From an uncultured Planctomycetota bacterium (GTDB lineage Bacteria > Planctomycetota > Planctomycetia > Pirellulales > Pirellulaceae), in NCBI GenBank assembly GCA_963700515.1, contig CAVOXY010000056.1, forward strand, positions 11,198-75,197: 64,000 bases of DNA, written 5' to 3'. Within the stretch, counting starts at the first letter, position 1. Each line of letters starts with the position of its first letter. Positions 1-11,699 of this stretch are shown one piece after another. The notes beneath the pieces were generated by a model. The model did no database searches. It had not been told where the DNA came from and worked only from the letters and a program-made list of their open reading frames with translations. The position numbers were made by a program, and so were the translations under genes.

Positions 1-944
1 CTTTGCCAACTGGCTCGAATTCAACGATGCCAAAATCCATATCGTAATGGTAACAGCCGCACTCGCGCAAGGTAATCGAGGCAACTCTCTCACCTTGCCC
101 GTACTGGTCCCACAGCGGACAGTGCCAAGCGCGCTCAATGGTTTCCCGATAAATCGCTTGTACGGTCTCCGACATACTGAAAGCGGCTCTGATCGGAAGG
201 TCGAAACGCAATCCGTTTTTTTGCATATAGTCGGCCACAACATACATGGCGGAAGGATAGCCCTGTATGTAAACGGGTCGATACTGATTCAAGTTGTGGA
301 TGTAAGCGGGAAGATTCGCCGCACTAAGATGAAAGACCGAATATAGTCGCTGATTGGCAGCGCGATTGGTCCTCCAAAAAGGAGGCCGTCCCTGATCGAA
401 TGCGATCAGGTGCTGCCCCTTGAAATGCCGCATAGCGTTCCCCCCGCTCGACGCCCGGTCGCCAGCGAGCCCAAAAAAAACCATATTGTGCCGGCCAGGT
501 TTCTGGTGAGAAATAGAGTTTCGTGGGCGTGCCGGTACTACCTCCCGTGAAACCGAAACTGAGTTTCCGCGCGTCATATTCATCGCTGATCAAGTCGAGA
601 GCACGCCGTCGAATCGTATTCTTATCGAGCAGGGGAATGTTGGGCAGATCCCGGATGTCACGAATGTCCCGCGGCTCGATACCATGCGAGGCGAAAAGTG
701 CTTCGTAGTACGGAGTATGTGCGGCACAATAGGCGACGATCTCGCGCAGACGCTGATTCTGAAACGCGACCAACTTCGTCAGGGGCCAGGTGTCGGCCTC
801 CGTGAAAAATGAGTAGTATTGTTGCGTTAGACCAGTGTATCGTTTCTTCTGAAGCCGCCACCCTTCGAACGTACATAAGCCATCTAGCACGATCGCTGGC
901 AGTCTCCGCAGTGCAAATTCCTTCGCATGCCCGAGCATCATCAC
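1..944 (-). pseudogene. CapK/PaaK-like adenylate-forming ligase (coenzyme F390 synthetase family); 3' end beyond window; one frameshift as read
   Basis: ORF 324..944 is the N-terminal half (FGFTGGSTGTPTKLYFS AMP-binding-type motif). Hand translation of the adjacent frame below ~412 continues the family: FKGQHLIAFDQGRPPFWRTNRAANQRLYSVFHLS...YIQGYPSAMYVVADY...WDQYGQGE to position 1. The junction is at TTTCAAGGGG (about 405-415). Confidence 0.7.
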
Positions 945-1837
945 AACTGCCTATAGCTGATCAATTCCACACCTTCTTCGAGACAAATGGATCTTGTTGC
1001 CGGATTGCTGAACAGGGTCAGCTCGGCAAGGCGACGCTTCCGATACGCAAGTCGGTCCCGTGGATCGTCGCTCATATATCCTGGGTGTGTCACCAATTCT
1101 GTCACGCCGGGAGGTACATTTCTGACAAATCGCACCCAGCTATCGACGTCATACACCAACGGCTGCGCTGCCACGATCGTGTGAAAACCATATTTCCGAT
1201 CGGGAGATCGATAACCACGTGTCTTGAGTCGACGGTGCATCCACTCGTAGACCATCAACTTAGGTGCCCGCTGAAGATTCTTCAGGATCATCGTGGGCAG
1301 GAGACGAATGTGGCGTGATTCAGATCCGTCACTCCGATACCATGCGCGATACGTTCGCAGTCGCTTGATCTGAGACGTCCCCACCGCTTCCAACATTGCT
1401 GCGTGGACTACGGGATAGACCGTTACGTTGTGGTGGCTATCCAGATGACTTGGTTCACACCCCAATGCTCTCATTCTTTGAATTTGTGCTGAAAACTCCC
1501 TCGATATTTCCCGCTTCGCACGATTCACAAAAAGCCCGTATCGCGTCCACCTTGACAGGCACCCGAATTCCCCTCGCTCGTCGACAAGGTTCCTTACGTC
1601 CTCTGGGTTACTAATTGGCGTCCCGAGTGTCACGTTTAGATGCAGACCGACAGAGAGAGCCTCGCAACTCTTCGCCAAGCCAACCGCGTATTCAGCTGCG
1701 GGCATATTGACCATGAGAGTCGTACTCGTCACACACCCCTGATTATGACACTCCAGGATGCCGTCTGTGATCTCTTTGTTAAATCCCAAATCGTCGGAGT
1801 TGACGATCAACTTCCGCACAACCCACCCCCCTAACAT
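941..1837 (-). CDS. YdjC/ChbG-family carbohydrate deacetylase
   Basis: ORF 941..1921. The ATG at 1837 overlaps the upstream stop (ATGTTAG). KLIVNSDDLGFNKEITDGILECHNQGCVTSTTLMVNMP and SHLDSHHNV are YdjC-family signatures. Confidence 0.75.
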   Translation of the reverse strand: MLGGWVVRKLIVNSDDLGFNKEITDGILECHNQGCVTSTTLMVNMPAAEYAVGLAKSCEALSVGLHLNVTLGTPISNPEDVRNLVDERGEFGCLSRWTRYGLFVNRAKREISREFSAQIQRMRALGCEPSHLDSHHNVTVYPVVHAAMLEAVGTSQIKRLRTYRAWYRSDGSESRHIRLLPTMILKNLQRAPKLMVYEWMHRRLKTRGYRSPDRKYGFHTIVAAQPLVYDVDSWVRFVRNVPPGVTELVTHPGYMSDDPRDRLAYRKRRLAELTLFSNPATRSICLEEGVELISYRQL

Positions 1838-2988
1838 GACAACTTCATGCGATAGAATTCCACAAGTCGTTGAATTTCGTGTTCCGCCGAATACCCGTTG
1901 TCGACGACATGGCACCGGCACTTCTGCGACATGGCCTCAGCCTTCTCCGGATTCGACAGCAGACCATTGATGGCCGCAGCCATGGATTCGGGATCTTCCG
2001 GCGGCACAAAAATGCAGTGCTCACCATCCGTCATAAAGGCACGCTCCGGGGGAAGATCGCTGGACACCACCGGAATCGCACAGGCCATGTACTCAAACAT
2101 TTTTGTGGCGATATTTCGTTGAAACTTTGGCAAGTTCTTCAGGCCTATCAGCCCCACCTTGCAGTCACAGAGCATGCCCGGAACATCACCGTGAGGTACT
2201 CGCCCGGAGAATGTGACGTTCTGTCCTATTCCTTTCTCGCGAATCAACCGCTGGGCATCATCCTTGATGTAACCCTCGGGCTCACCAATGAACAAAGCCC
2301 GTAGATTGGGCCGACTTTCCGCAACCGAGGCAATGGCCTCAAGCATCATGAACAAGCCACTTGTCCGCGACATAGTCCCCAGGTAGACCAAATCATACGA
2401 ACGGTTTTGCCATGGTTTAGAGCAGGGTGTGAAAAGTGACAGCAGTGGAAAATTGTAAAACAACACTCTCTTGCTTGCTGACACATTGAACCATTCAGCA
2501 GTGCCGGGATCCGCAAATACCAATCCGTCAAAGACCTTTCCGCTCAACCACAGAATGAACCGCGTTCCGATTGACAGCAACGGAAGGGCAAACTTGTGCA
2601 CGTAACCCTTGTGCTGTAGGAACGCGACGTAGTCCTCATGCGCATCAAACACAACGACTTTGCGCGTGATAATTTTCAAGAGAATCCCCACCGGTATCAA
2701 TTCCGGATCGACCAAGTGATACGCCTCATATCCCCTTCCAAGTAACTTGGGGAGTATCGCAAAAGTACTCAGAAACCTGACCAACCGATGATGGTGGCTG
2801 CGGAGCGGCTTGATATTGACTCCCTGAATGACCTCCGCCCGATCATGACGCACGAAATAGTCCACGTCGAGATCATGCGTCACCAACCCGCTGCATTGCT
2901 TATAGAGGAAGCGATGGTCGTGCAATGCGTGCACAACACTGACGTATGCTATCTTCTTACGCGAAATGCTTTTCGTCATTTTCGCCAT
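1831..2988 (-). CDS. Glycosyltransferase, GT4 (GT-B fold) family
   Basis: 385-aa ORF. C-terminal GRVPHGDVPGMLCDCKVGLIGL...FEYMACAIPVVSSDLPPERAFMTDGEHCIFVPPEDPESMAAAINGLLSNPE is the glycos_transf_1 region. It overlaps both neighbouring genes (operon coupling). Confidence 0.8.
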   Translation of the reverse strand: MAKMTKSISRKKIAYVSVVHALHDHRFLYKQCSGLVTHDLDVDYFVRHDRAEVIQGVNIKPLRSHHHRLVRFLSTFAILPKLLGRGYEAYHLVDPELIPVGILLKIITRKVVVFDAHEDYVAFLQHKGYVHKFALPLLSIGTRFILWLSGKVFDGLVFADPGTAEWFNVSASKRVLFYNFPLLSLFTPCSKPWQNRSYDLVYLGTMSRTSGLFMMLEAIASVAESRPNLRALFIGEPEGYIKDDAQRLIREKGIGQNVTFSGRVPHGDVPGMLCDCKVGLIGLKNLPKFQRNIATKMFEYMACAIPVVSSDLPPERAFMTDGEHCIFVPPEDPESMAAAINGLLSNPEKAEAMSQKCRCHVVDNGYSAEHEIQRLVEFYRMKLSC

Positions 2989-4055
2989 AACACCTTATTG
3001 AGCGCCAATCGTACATGATGTAGCCGGATCTTTGAGATCTTCCTGATGATCGCCCTGGCCCCTTCCGCCCGGTAGCTTCTACGAATCTCCCGATACTGCA
3101 TGGCCCAATAAGATTTGTTCATCTCCGCATAGTAAGCGCGGTCATTTTCGCCCGTTGACAATAATTCACTCAGATAGTCAATGTGCGATGAAATTTCCTC
3201 TGCCTGTTTTCCCTCGGCGATCTCCGGCTGATAATGCGAATTGATCCAGATGGGAATCGGGCGAACATCGACCAGTTTCCCTGAAGAGATTGTACACTCT
3301 AAGATGAACGTCCGACGATTCTCCGATGCGTCACAATCCGCCACGAAGTTGCCGAGGCCGTAAGCAATGACCCCCTGCCCATATCGTTCAATTCCATTGA
3401 TCACGTGCGGATGATGGCCAACCACCAACGATGCCCCATACTCCACGGCCTTTTGAGCCAACCTGCGATACTCCGGGGAAGGAAATCGACAGGTTCCCTC
3501 GTGCATAACCACGACAACGAAGTCCACGTGCTTTTTCAGATCGATGACATCACGTTCAATTAGACGCGATTCAATTGGAGCAACGACATACTCGTTAGAT
3601 TTTCTAGTAACCGTGGACGCACTGCAGTACGCCAAGAACCCCACACGATAGCCATTTACATCTACGATTAGTGGCCGGCGAGCTTCCGGTAATTGCCTCC
3701 CTATACCAACGTAACCCACGCCAGCCTTCCCAAGTGATCGAATCGTAGCAGCAACCCCTTCTGCGCCGTAATCATAGACGTGATTGTTGGCAAGGCAGAC
3801 CGCACCGATGTGGCAACCTGCAAGTGCTTGCGCAGTGGACGGGTCAGTATGATAAATCGCCTCAGCCACGAAACGTTGCGGGATCTTCTTTCGGGAAATT
3901 GGTGTCTCAAGATTACCGAACACAAAATCGGCATCCGACAAGAACGAGCGTATTCTTGCCAAGGGAAAATCGTATCTACCTGCTTTTCCTATCTCCCGCG
4001 CCACTCCGCCGGAGAACATCAAGTCACCCACAATAAGGATTCGAACTTTGCTCAT
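2976..4055 (-). CDS. CapA/PgsA-family (PGA_cap) metallophosphatase-like capsule synthesis protein
   Basis: 359-aa ORF. ILIVGDLMF, FVFGNLETPIS, CLANNHVYDYG, VVVMHEGTC and VVGHHPHVINGIE match CapA/YwtB signature blocks. Confidence 0.75.
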   Translation of the reverse strand: MSKVRILIVGDLMFSGGVAREIGKAGRYDFPLARIRSFLSDADFVFGNLETPISRKKIPQRFVAEAIYHTDPSTAQALAGCHIGAVCLANNHVYDYGAEGVAATIRSLGKAGVGYVGIGRQLPEARRPLIVDVNGYRVGFLAYCSASTVTRKSNEYVVAPIESRLIERDVIDLKKHVDFVVVVMHEGTCRFPSPEYRRLAQKAVEYGASLVVGHHPHVINGIERYGQGVIAYGLGNFVADCDASENRRTFILECTISSGKLVDVRPIPIWINSHYQPEIAEGKQAEEISSHIDYLSELLSTGENDRAYYAEMNKSYWAMQYREIRRSYRAEGARAIIRKISKIRLHHVRLALNKVLWRK

Positions 4056-4140
4056 AAGTAGCTGCCGTTAATTTATCCCCATTAAGGACTGCATTGCGAC
4101 AATCCATGTAACTCGATGTTGCATAAGGCATAATATCCAA

Positions 4141-5466
4141 TCACTCAAGTCTGCCCAACGCCACATTCCGATAACTGGCAGTGAAGGAATGCCGGACCGC
4201 ACTTTGTGCTGCAATGGAACGTTCCAGCGTTGAACTCGCGCCAAAAACAGCCGCTAACGCGAACCAAAGGAAGGCAGAGGTCATAATGCTGTTTGAAACG
4301 AGGCCCGCCACGAAGTAATGCACAAATACAACTCCAATCCAAGTCAGTTGCGATGAGCGCCGAGCAATGTAAAACGCCTTCCCTAACCCCATCAACATCA
4401 CTGCAACAAAAGGTATTCCCCCAATCACTCCGCTGATCATGAAACTCTCAAGTATGTGATTGTGCGGGTAAAGCCCGCCTTCAAGAGAAAGAGCCGCACC
4501 CCATATCGGAGAACTCCAGAAGAGGTCGATCGCATTGCGCCAGATCGAAACGCGAATATTGGGTGACGCGCCATCGAATTGTTCTGAAAGTGTCAGGAAG
4601 CGAGCAAACACTGAGCTTTCTGTGATATACGCAAAGTAGAATAAACCGACACCTACTAGGCCGAGGAAGCCAACAAAAACGAGCACTTTTCGTGCGCTCT
4701 GGAACTTCACGCGCCCAAACAGTAGCAAGAGCGAGCAGGCGAATATGGCGATCACAGACCCGCGGGAGGCACCTAACAAGAAAGCTGGAACGCCAGCAGC
4801 GATTGCTAGAAATGAAGCAAGCCTGCCGATGTGCTTATTCTTAAACGATTCCGAATCAATGAGTAAGGTCATGCCCAACACAATCATTGCGGAGCCAAGG
4901 TACGAAAGGTTAAGCGGATTAAGTGCCACGACGTCGCCCACAGACACACCTTCGTGTAGGCGGCCAATGCCGGACACAAAGGCACCACGATAGAGCCAAG
5001 TCGCGAAGACGCACGAAATGAAGCCAAATAGCATTAACCCCTTCAACCCTATTCGGTATGCAGGAAATGTGTAGCCGCGCCAGAAGGCGACCATCGGAAC
5101 GAAGCACTGTAAGAAGGACTGATAGAATAGGTCTCTGTACCTCAGGCTATCTACAGCAGTCGCTCCTCCCCATTCGACAAGAATTCGCATTCCGAGAATT
5201 ATCCAAAATGGCAAAATGAGCAAGAAGCACCCGCGACGCGGCATCGACAAGCCATTTATCAGCGCCCAAAGGACGACGGCTATCGATCCGAACAGAAACA
5301 ACACGCGATACGGCACGGTAATCATTCGACTCGACAGACCCGCGAAAACTACCAGTAGCAGTGTACAAGTGAATGCGAAAAAGCCGAAACAGAACAGAAA
5401 GCCGGCAGCTACCTTTTCCATCCTGTAGAAATTTACAGATCGACGGCAAAGAACTTTACTCACCAT
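4141..5466 (-). CDS. O-antigen ligase/polymerase-like (Wzy-type) integral membrane protein
   Basis: 441-aa ORF, hydrophobic throughout. GGLYPHNHILESFMISGVIGG resembles the Wzy_C motif. It lies between the flippase and CapA in a polysaccharide operon. The true start may be the internal MEKVAAG. Confidence 0.65.
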   Translation of the reverse strand: MVSKVLCRRSVNFYRMEKVAAGFLFCFGFFAFTCTLLLVVFAGLSSRMITVPYRVLFLFGSIAVVLWALINGLSMPRRGCFLLILPFWIILGMRILVEWGGATAVDSLRYRDLFYQSFLQCFVPMVAFWRGYTFPAYRIGLKGLMLFGFISCVFATWLYRGAFVSGIGRLHEGVSVGDVVALNPLNLSYLGSAMIVLGMTLLIDSESFKNKHIGRLASFLAIAAGVPAFLLGASRGSVIAIFACSLLLLFGRVKFQSARKVLVFVGFLGLVGVGLFYFAYITESSVFARFLTLSEQFDGASPNIRVSIWRNAIDLFWSSPIWGAALSLEGGLYPHNHILESFMISGVIGGIPFVAVMLMGLGKAFYIARRSSQLTWIGVVFVHYFVAGLVSNSIMTSAFLWFALAAVFGASSTLERSIAAQSAVRHSFTASYRNVALGRLE

Positions 5467-5947
5467 GATGCTACTCGCGATCAGCCAAATTGATGACCGG
5501 ATCCATATCTGACGCTGACTCGAAAATCTATCTCAGGCATAGTGTGCCGGTCGGTTGGAGTGAGAGAAACGTCGGCCTGCCCTGTAAAACACCGTGGCGC
5601 CGGCACCAGAAGAACAGACTTACGAACACCTCATGACCTGGAAAGCAAATATCTGTTGATTCTTTCACCGTCTCGAGCAAAAGCACAATCGTTCGTGCCG
5701 ATCATCACCATCCGGAATAAACATTTTGCGATGGATCAACACAATTGCTGTCAAATTGCCCCTGCCTCTCACTCGTGGCCACATCACGCGTGGCCACACG
5801 CAGTTTCCATTTCTCACATTCGGTTGCGCCACGCGCAGCCTTCGCCCGACGGAAGTTTATCATCGTACTTTCGCGACTAACGCACCTAATCAATAAATCA
5901 ATCATCAGCGCTTCCGGGTTACTCGGCCTCACATAATTCAACCGGGG

Positions 5948-7418
5948 TTACGTGCCATCGGAAATCGGGTGGGGTGAGTAAAGTCCGGCCAATATTAGCG
6001 ATTTCATTTCCATGAACGCCGAGAGTCTGGCCATGCGGCACAAGGCACAATACAGCACACCGCCCGTAATCACCTGCACCGTCAGTACCCACAGTTCACT
6101 CTTGAAGGGTAAGCAACCTATCGCGTACACACCAATGCCCATCAGGCACGCAACGAGCAGATAGGGAAAGAAGTCCCAAAACTGCTCCGACAGACGGTAC
6201 GACAATAACTGCCCTGACAAATATCCATTCAAACAATAGCTAATGAGCGACGTGACGATCTGTCCGTAGATCATCGCAGTGATGCCCCATTGCCAAGTAA
6301 CAGCAATGGCGACAACGACCAAGGCCTTCTTGACGATTTCTATTCTCAGGAAAAGATCAGAGCGACCTTGAGCTTTGAGCACATTCATATTAACGACCTG
6401 AAGCGGAATAAACAGGCCGACCACGCAGAGCAACTGTAAATATGGAACAGACGGACACCATTTTTGTGTAAGCACAACGTGCACCAAGGGTCTTGCAACA
6501 ACCGCCAAACCAATCATCACCGGAAAACTGACAACGGCCAATGTCGCAATTGCTTTTCGGACTGCTCGCTTTAGACGAGGCCTGTCATCCTGCATGGCTG
6601 AGAACACTGGGAAGGTGACACGGCCAAATCCGGCGGACAGATTCAGAGTAGGGAATTGCTGAGCATCTCTGGCCCGCGCGTAATAGCCAAGATCGGAAGG
6701 CGAAAACAATCTGCCAATAACTAATAAATAGAGATTATTGAAAATCGTTTCCAACAATCCAGAAAAAAGTAACCGCGATCCGAAAGCAAACATAGTTCGC
6801 AGTGACTCAACACTAAACATCCAGGACGGACGCCACCTCACTAGAATCCAGAGCAGCAAAGTGCGAAAGAAGTTGTTCGCGACGGACTGTGCCACCAGAC
6901 TCCAGACGCCGTAACCGAGGAGGGCCAGCGTCACCCCTAGTGCGCCTGACATCACAGCAGCGACGAGACTTATTTTCAGTTGAGCCTTAAAATTTACATT
7001 CTTCGTAAGCAACGTGGTTTGTATCAATCCAAATGCGTTAATAATCAGGTTGAGCGACAAAACTCTAGTTAGGGGAATAAGAGCCGGCACCTTGTAGAAA
7101 GCCGCGATCCACGGTGCAGCAACCAGACAATACACCTGCCGCGATTACACCGACCAAGACGTTGAAATAGAAGATCGAACATTCATCACGATGCGTTACA
7201 TCCTGCTTTTGAATCAGAGCAGAACCGAACCCGCTATCGATGCAGGACTGCGCCACCGCCATGAAAAGTGACAACATTGCTATCAAGCCGAATTCCTCTG
7301 GCAAGAGAAGACGCGCGAGGATAACGGCCACCAGGAACTGGATCCCTTGCTGACTGAAACGTTCCAAGAAACTCCACGTCAGTCCGCGAATAGCTCTCTG
7401 TTTCAAATCAATATTCAT
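5948..7418 (-). pseudogene. Wzx-type polysaccharide flippase (MOP superfamily), one frameshift as read
   Basis: ORF 7065..7418 (RGLTWSFLERFSQQGIQFLVAVILARLL, typical flippase N-terminus) and ORF 5948..7135 (remaining TM helices) are one protein. The junction ...VIAAGV / YCLVAAPWIAAFY is a 1-nt shift at about 7130-7140. Confidence 0.75.
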
Positions 7419-8831
7419 GATCGCGTGAAATCATTCGCATTCCAATAAGACTCGATCAGGAAACAGCGACAAACAACACACTTGACCGAATCTACGAGCG
7501 AGGACCGTCACATTTCCTTCTCGCTAGACATTAGCGACTAATTCTCCTGACCGTGCCAAAGATTTAGAAACCCAATTGCGTTCTGAGCGATAGATAAGAT
7601 TAGCTGCTCTCATTCAACTTGAGTAGGGTTGCGAGGCGATCGCTGAGGCATAGAGCACTCGATCGGTGGATTCCACGAAGTTGCATCAGAAGAAAACAGA
7701 AAAGACTCGGTCCATGAACAACCTGGCAATCACCAAGATGATTCGATGGGCGAACAGCGAACAATAACAACGACTCGATTACACGCGCCCTCCGCCATAT
7801 CGACCACATGATCGAATGATGTAAGTCACAACGACATCACGTTGATGGTCGTATCGTGGGATCCCCAGACCCCGGCGCAAAACGCCCCCGTGGGATGCAA
7901 ATTGATCCACTGCCGACATAGAGTGATTCTACATTGCAGCGAATGACCTGCTACAGGCGGGCCATCGCAGTTGCTGCACTGTGATCAATTGGGCACAAGC
8001 GAAGGGCCGTTTGTAGCGATTTAGCGGACGAGGCCAAGTGCAATGACCTTATGTCACGCATCACAAAGCGGAACCAGCGGCCGTTCTTGCCAGTCGATTG
8101 AGGGGGCTTCGCAGAATCTGCGCACCACCCGTACAGACATAATCCAATCCGAAAACGACTGCGAGATATCCACTCGATAGACACAGGCTGAGGAATGAGC
8201 CGATGGATTTTTCCATGTTTCGGAATTCCCGCATCAATGTGCCCGTATATATCAAACGTGGCGTCAGACGGATTGCACGTAGATACGTATCTTGGAACTA
8301 TTGGGCATGCGCATTCTCTCGTTGCCTTGAAATGCTGGACGAGCCGCTGCTATGCCATGTTTCAATACATGAAGCAAGCGTCCGAGTTTTCCGGTCCCGC
8401 GCAACTCCTAACCACCGGATGACAACAAAGGAGATGCGATACTGATCTCTGACCGTCACCCGAACGTGCACTGGACACCGTCGTCAAGGACTGTCACAGC
8501 CGCTTCCAGTCGCGAGGTCCTCGCTTGATGGAGGGCTAAGGGCTAGTTGGGAATTGACCCAGTCATCGACCGCAGAGTGCGCCTCAAATGACAATCGGCC
8601 ATGAACCGACCACGGGGTCGAGACATGACCGACTGCGTCAACCGCGACAAAGCGCGAAGATATCCTGTTCACGCGATATGCGTGGTGCTACACAACCAGT
8701 TCAAGGTGGCCAAAGCGCGAGCCTCCGAGTCTGCCGGCCTGAAAAAACAGGGCTGTTTGTTCGGCGCCGAAGGGCGATTACACCTTAGACACCGCACCCC
8801 GATCCACCGCCCTGTATGTGGAATTCTACGT

Positions 8832-10848
8832 TCATATTTCCTGTAAACGGCGAAGCACAACCGGATCCGGCCGCTCTGTGTTGGTCGAGGACCCCCGTGC
8901 GGCGACATATTCCGGAATCAACTCGCCCAACTTCCGGCGAATCGACTCCTCCGGACCGTGGCACAGAGTCGCAATCGCGTCAATATCGCGGCGCACATCT
9001 TCGGCGCGCAAACGGCCGGTGATAGGCGATCTGGAGCTTGGGATGGGTCGTCTCCATCGTCTGCTCTTGCTCGAAATACAGCTCCTCGTAGAGCTTCTCG
9101 CCCGGACGAGTCACCGTAAAGACGATGTCGATTGCATCTTCGGGCAGGCCGGAGAGCCGGATCAGATCCTTCGCCAGATCGACGATCTTCACCGGCTCGC
9201 CCATCTCGAGCACGAAGATCTCGCCGCCGCGGCCCATGGAGGCGGCCTGAAGCACCAGTTGCGATGCCTCGGGGATCGTCATGAAGAAGCGAGTCATATC
9301 GGGATGAGTGACCGTGATCGGGCCGCCACGACGGATCTGCTCCTGGAAGATCGGTACCACGCTGCCGGCGGATCCCAGCACGTTGCCGAACCGCGTGACG
9401 ACAAAACGCGTCTTGGATTCCGTCGATAAGGCATGCACGTACCGCTCGGCCAGGTGCTTGGACGCCCCCATGACGCTCGTCGGATGCACCGCCTTGTCGG
9501 TCGAGATCATCACGAATCGATCCACGTTCAAACTCATCGGCCAGGTCGGCCAGGCACTTCGTGCCCAGCACATTGTTCTTGATCGCTTCGCCAACATTCT
9601 CCTCCATCAGCGGCACGTGCTTGTGGGCAGCCGCGTGGAACACGACTTCCGGTCGGTACGTCTCGAACAACTGCCGCATGCGCGGCTCGTCGGTAATGTC
9701 ACCGATCAGCGTTCGCAACTGGGTTGCGTCTGCAAGCTGCGACAGTTCACGGTCAATCTCGAAAATACGGTTCTCGCCACGACCCACCAACAAGAGCATC
9801 TTGGGACTCAAATCTCAGAATCTGCCGGCAGATTTCCGAGCCGATACTCCCGCCGGCCCCGGTGACCATGATCGTTCGGCCGTGCACCAATTGACCAATT
9901 GCCTCGGTGTCGAGTTGCACGGGTTCACGTCGCAGCAAGTCGGTGATCTCGATATCGCGAATCGGCACCTGGCGGCCGCCGCCGAAAAGATCTTCGACGC
10001 GAGGGATGATCTTCAGTTCCAAGCCGCCTTCGTCACACTGCTTCATCATCGCACGCAGTTGGTGACCCGGCAGTGCGCCCGATAGCATCAGGATGTGATT
10101 GATGCCTCGCTTGGCCGCGACATTGGCCACCTCCCGTACGTGCCCGACCACGGGAATCTGGCCCAGACGACGACCGTGCGACGACGCGCCGTTGGTCTCG
10201 AGAAAACCGCCGAACGCGGTATGTCGATTCCGGATGGGACTGGATCTGGTGGGCCAGCAGTGCCGTCGTGTCGTCCGTCCCGACTACCAAGACGCCAACA
10301 CGGTCGTGTGAACCAAAGAGCGAGCGGAATTGCTCACGACCCAACCGCCAACTGGCTCGCAGCGCACCCAGCACGACGATGCTCAGCATGGCATCCAGGA
10401 CCAATACGCCACGTGGGATGAAGTAGGCACTGACCAGGTAGTCGACCGCGGCGAGTGCCAGAAACGACACCAGCGACGCCCGCATCAGCGCCGTCAGGTC
10501 GCTGAAAGTGACATACCGCCACCAACCATGATAGTGCCCCGAGGCGTAGAAAACGACAAATTTGACACCCAGCAACCACGGGAGGCTATTCCAGAAATGG
10601 ACCTGATGTTCCAGCGGAACACTTTTCCAGAAATGGACCTGATATTCCAGCGTATCAACAGGTAGAAAGCGAAGTACATAGGCCGTCCAATAGATCAAGC
10701 TGAACAGAATCAGATGCCCCACGGCCAGCAGCCAGAAGCGGGGCGAATGAAGGCCGGTGTCACGACGGCGCGAAATCAGGCCGGGGATCCAGGCGCGCAG
10801 GCCTTTGGCACCAAGAGTTACTGACTTCGGCTGCGGATTCTGTCGCAT
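8832..10848 (-). pseudogene. CapD/WbpM/PglF-like membrane-anchored NDP-sugar 4,6-dehydratase/epimerase, at least 4 frameshifts as read
   Basis: Fragments: 10033..10848 (TM N-terminus), 9753..10151 (VTGAGGSIGSEICRQI Rossmann motif), 8918..9811 and 8980..9597 ([38 protein letters not shown]). A further frame translated by hand gives [32 protein letters not shown], with the stop at 8832-8834. Confidence 0.8.
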
Positions 10849-10983
10849 ATGCGACGGGATAATCTTCGTTGGATTCGGAAAAGACTGGCTTCATGATGAG
10901 AATCTCGATGTACTAGACGCCACAAGATTTCTTCGAACAGATGTGGCTTTGCTTCCCCCTGTCACTAATTCCGATTTGTCGCA

Positions 10984-11628
10984 TCAAAGGTCTCTTGTCC
11001 ACGTGCGTACTTCAGCCGCAAAATTGCGGAGGCTCTCCAACGCCGCGGTCTCAGATGGAATGCATGGTGTGTCCAGCAGGACCTTCACAACGGGCGGCCA
11101 CTCGTGGCTGCCGATCATCTTGAGACGAGCCATGCAAGCTTGCGTGCGTGTGGTGCAAATTTGCGAGTCCCAGCGATACCAGTAGAGCACCAGAGAACGA
11201 CCGCCTTCGCGTTCGACGAGCAGAAGCTCCGCCTGAAACGGGTCGGCATCGTCCACTTCAATCGGTCTCACGCCGCAGGATCTGGGCACCGGCGGCCGGA
11301 TAACAGATACGTCGGAGGGTGGGGCAACGTGGGCGTTTTCAGACTGTCCCAATCGCCGATGTGCAACGTGACCGCGTGTCCCGATACAGCATCCCGGTAG
11401 CTGCGACTGATGCTGTGGCGAGCTCCGACCTTCTTGACAATCGTCCTCATCCAATTCCTGATCTTCGCCGTGCCAGTCGCCCAGGTCATAGGGAAATTGG
11501 TCCAGGTCCTTGCGCAGCGGGCGCACGTCGGACGATTTGGCTCGTTGCAGCAAGAAGAATGCACCGCCCTGCAGCAGCAGCAGGACAGCGGCGATGATCC
11601 AGAGTCGGCGAGTGAAGGATGTGGTCAT
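10984..11628 (-). pseudogene. epsI: Exosortase-associated EpsI-family protein, about 3 frameshifts as read
   Basis: N-terminal TM then DLDQFPYDLGDWHGED (frame A). The middle continues in ORF 11268..11564 (IVKKVGARHSISRSYRDAVSGHAVTLHIGDW...LPHPP). A third frame gives ICYPAAGAQILRRE (the EpsI H-P-x-x-C-Y-P-G motif region). It then returns to frame A (IEVDDADPFQAELLLVEREGGRSLVLYWY). Confidence 0.7.
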
Positions 11629-11699
11629 GTTATTGGTCGACTAGCGCGGCGTTGGGCCGCAAAGGACAAGGTCGTTGGCAAATCGGATTCGGAAAACGC

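Noticed and set aside
8918-9811. 297-aa ORF treated as an independent gene
   Set aside because: Only its first third (SPKMLLLVGRGENRIFEIDREL...[26 protein letters not shown]) is real CapD-like sequence. The remainder is an out-of-frame read-through, and the true continuation is in ORF 8980..9597.
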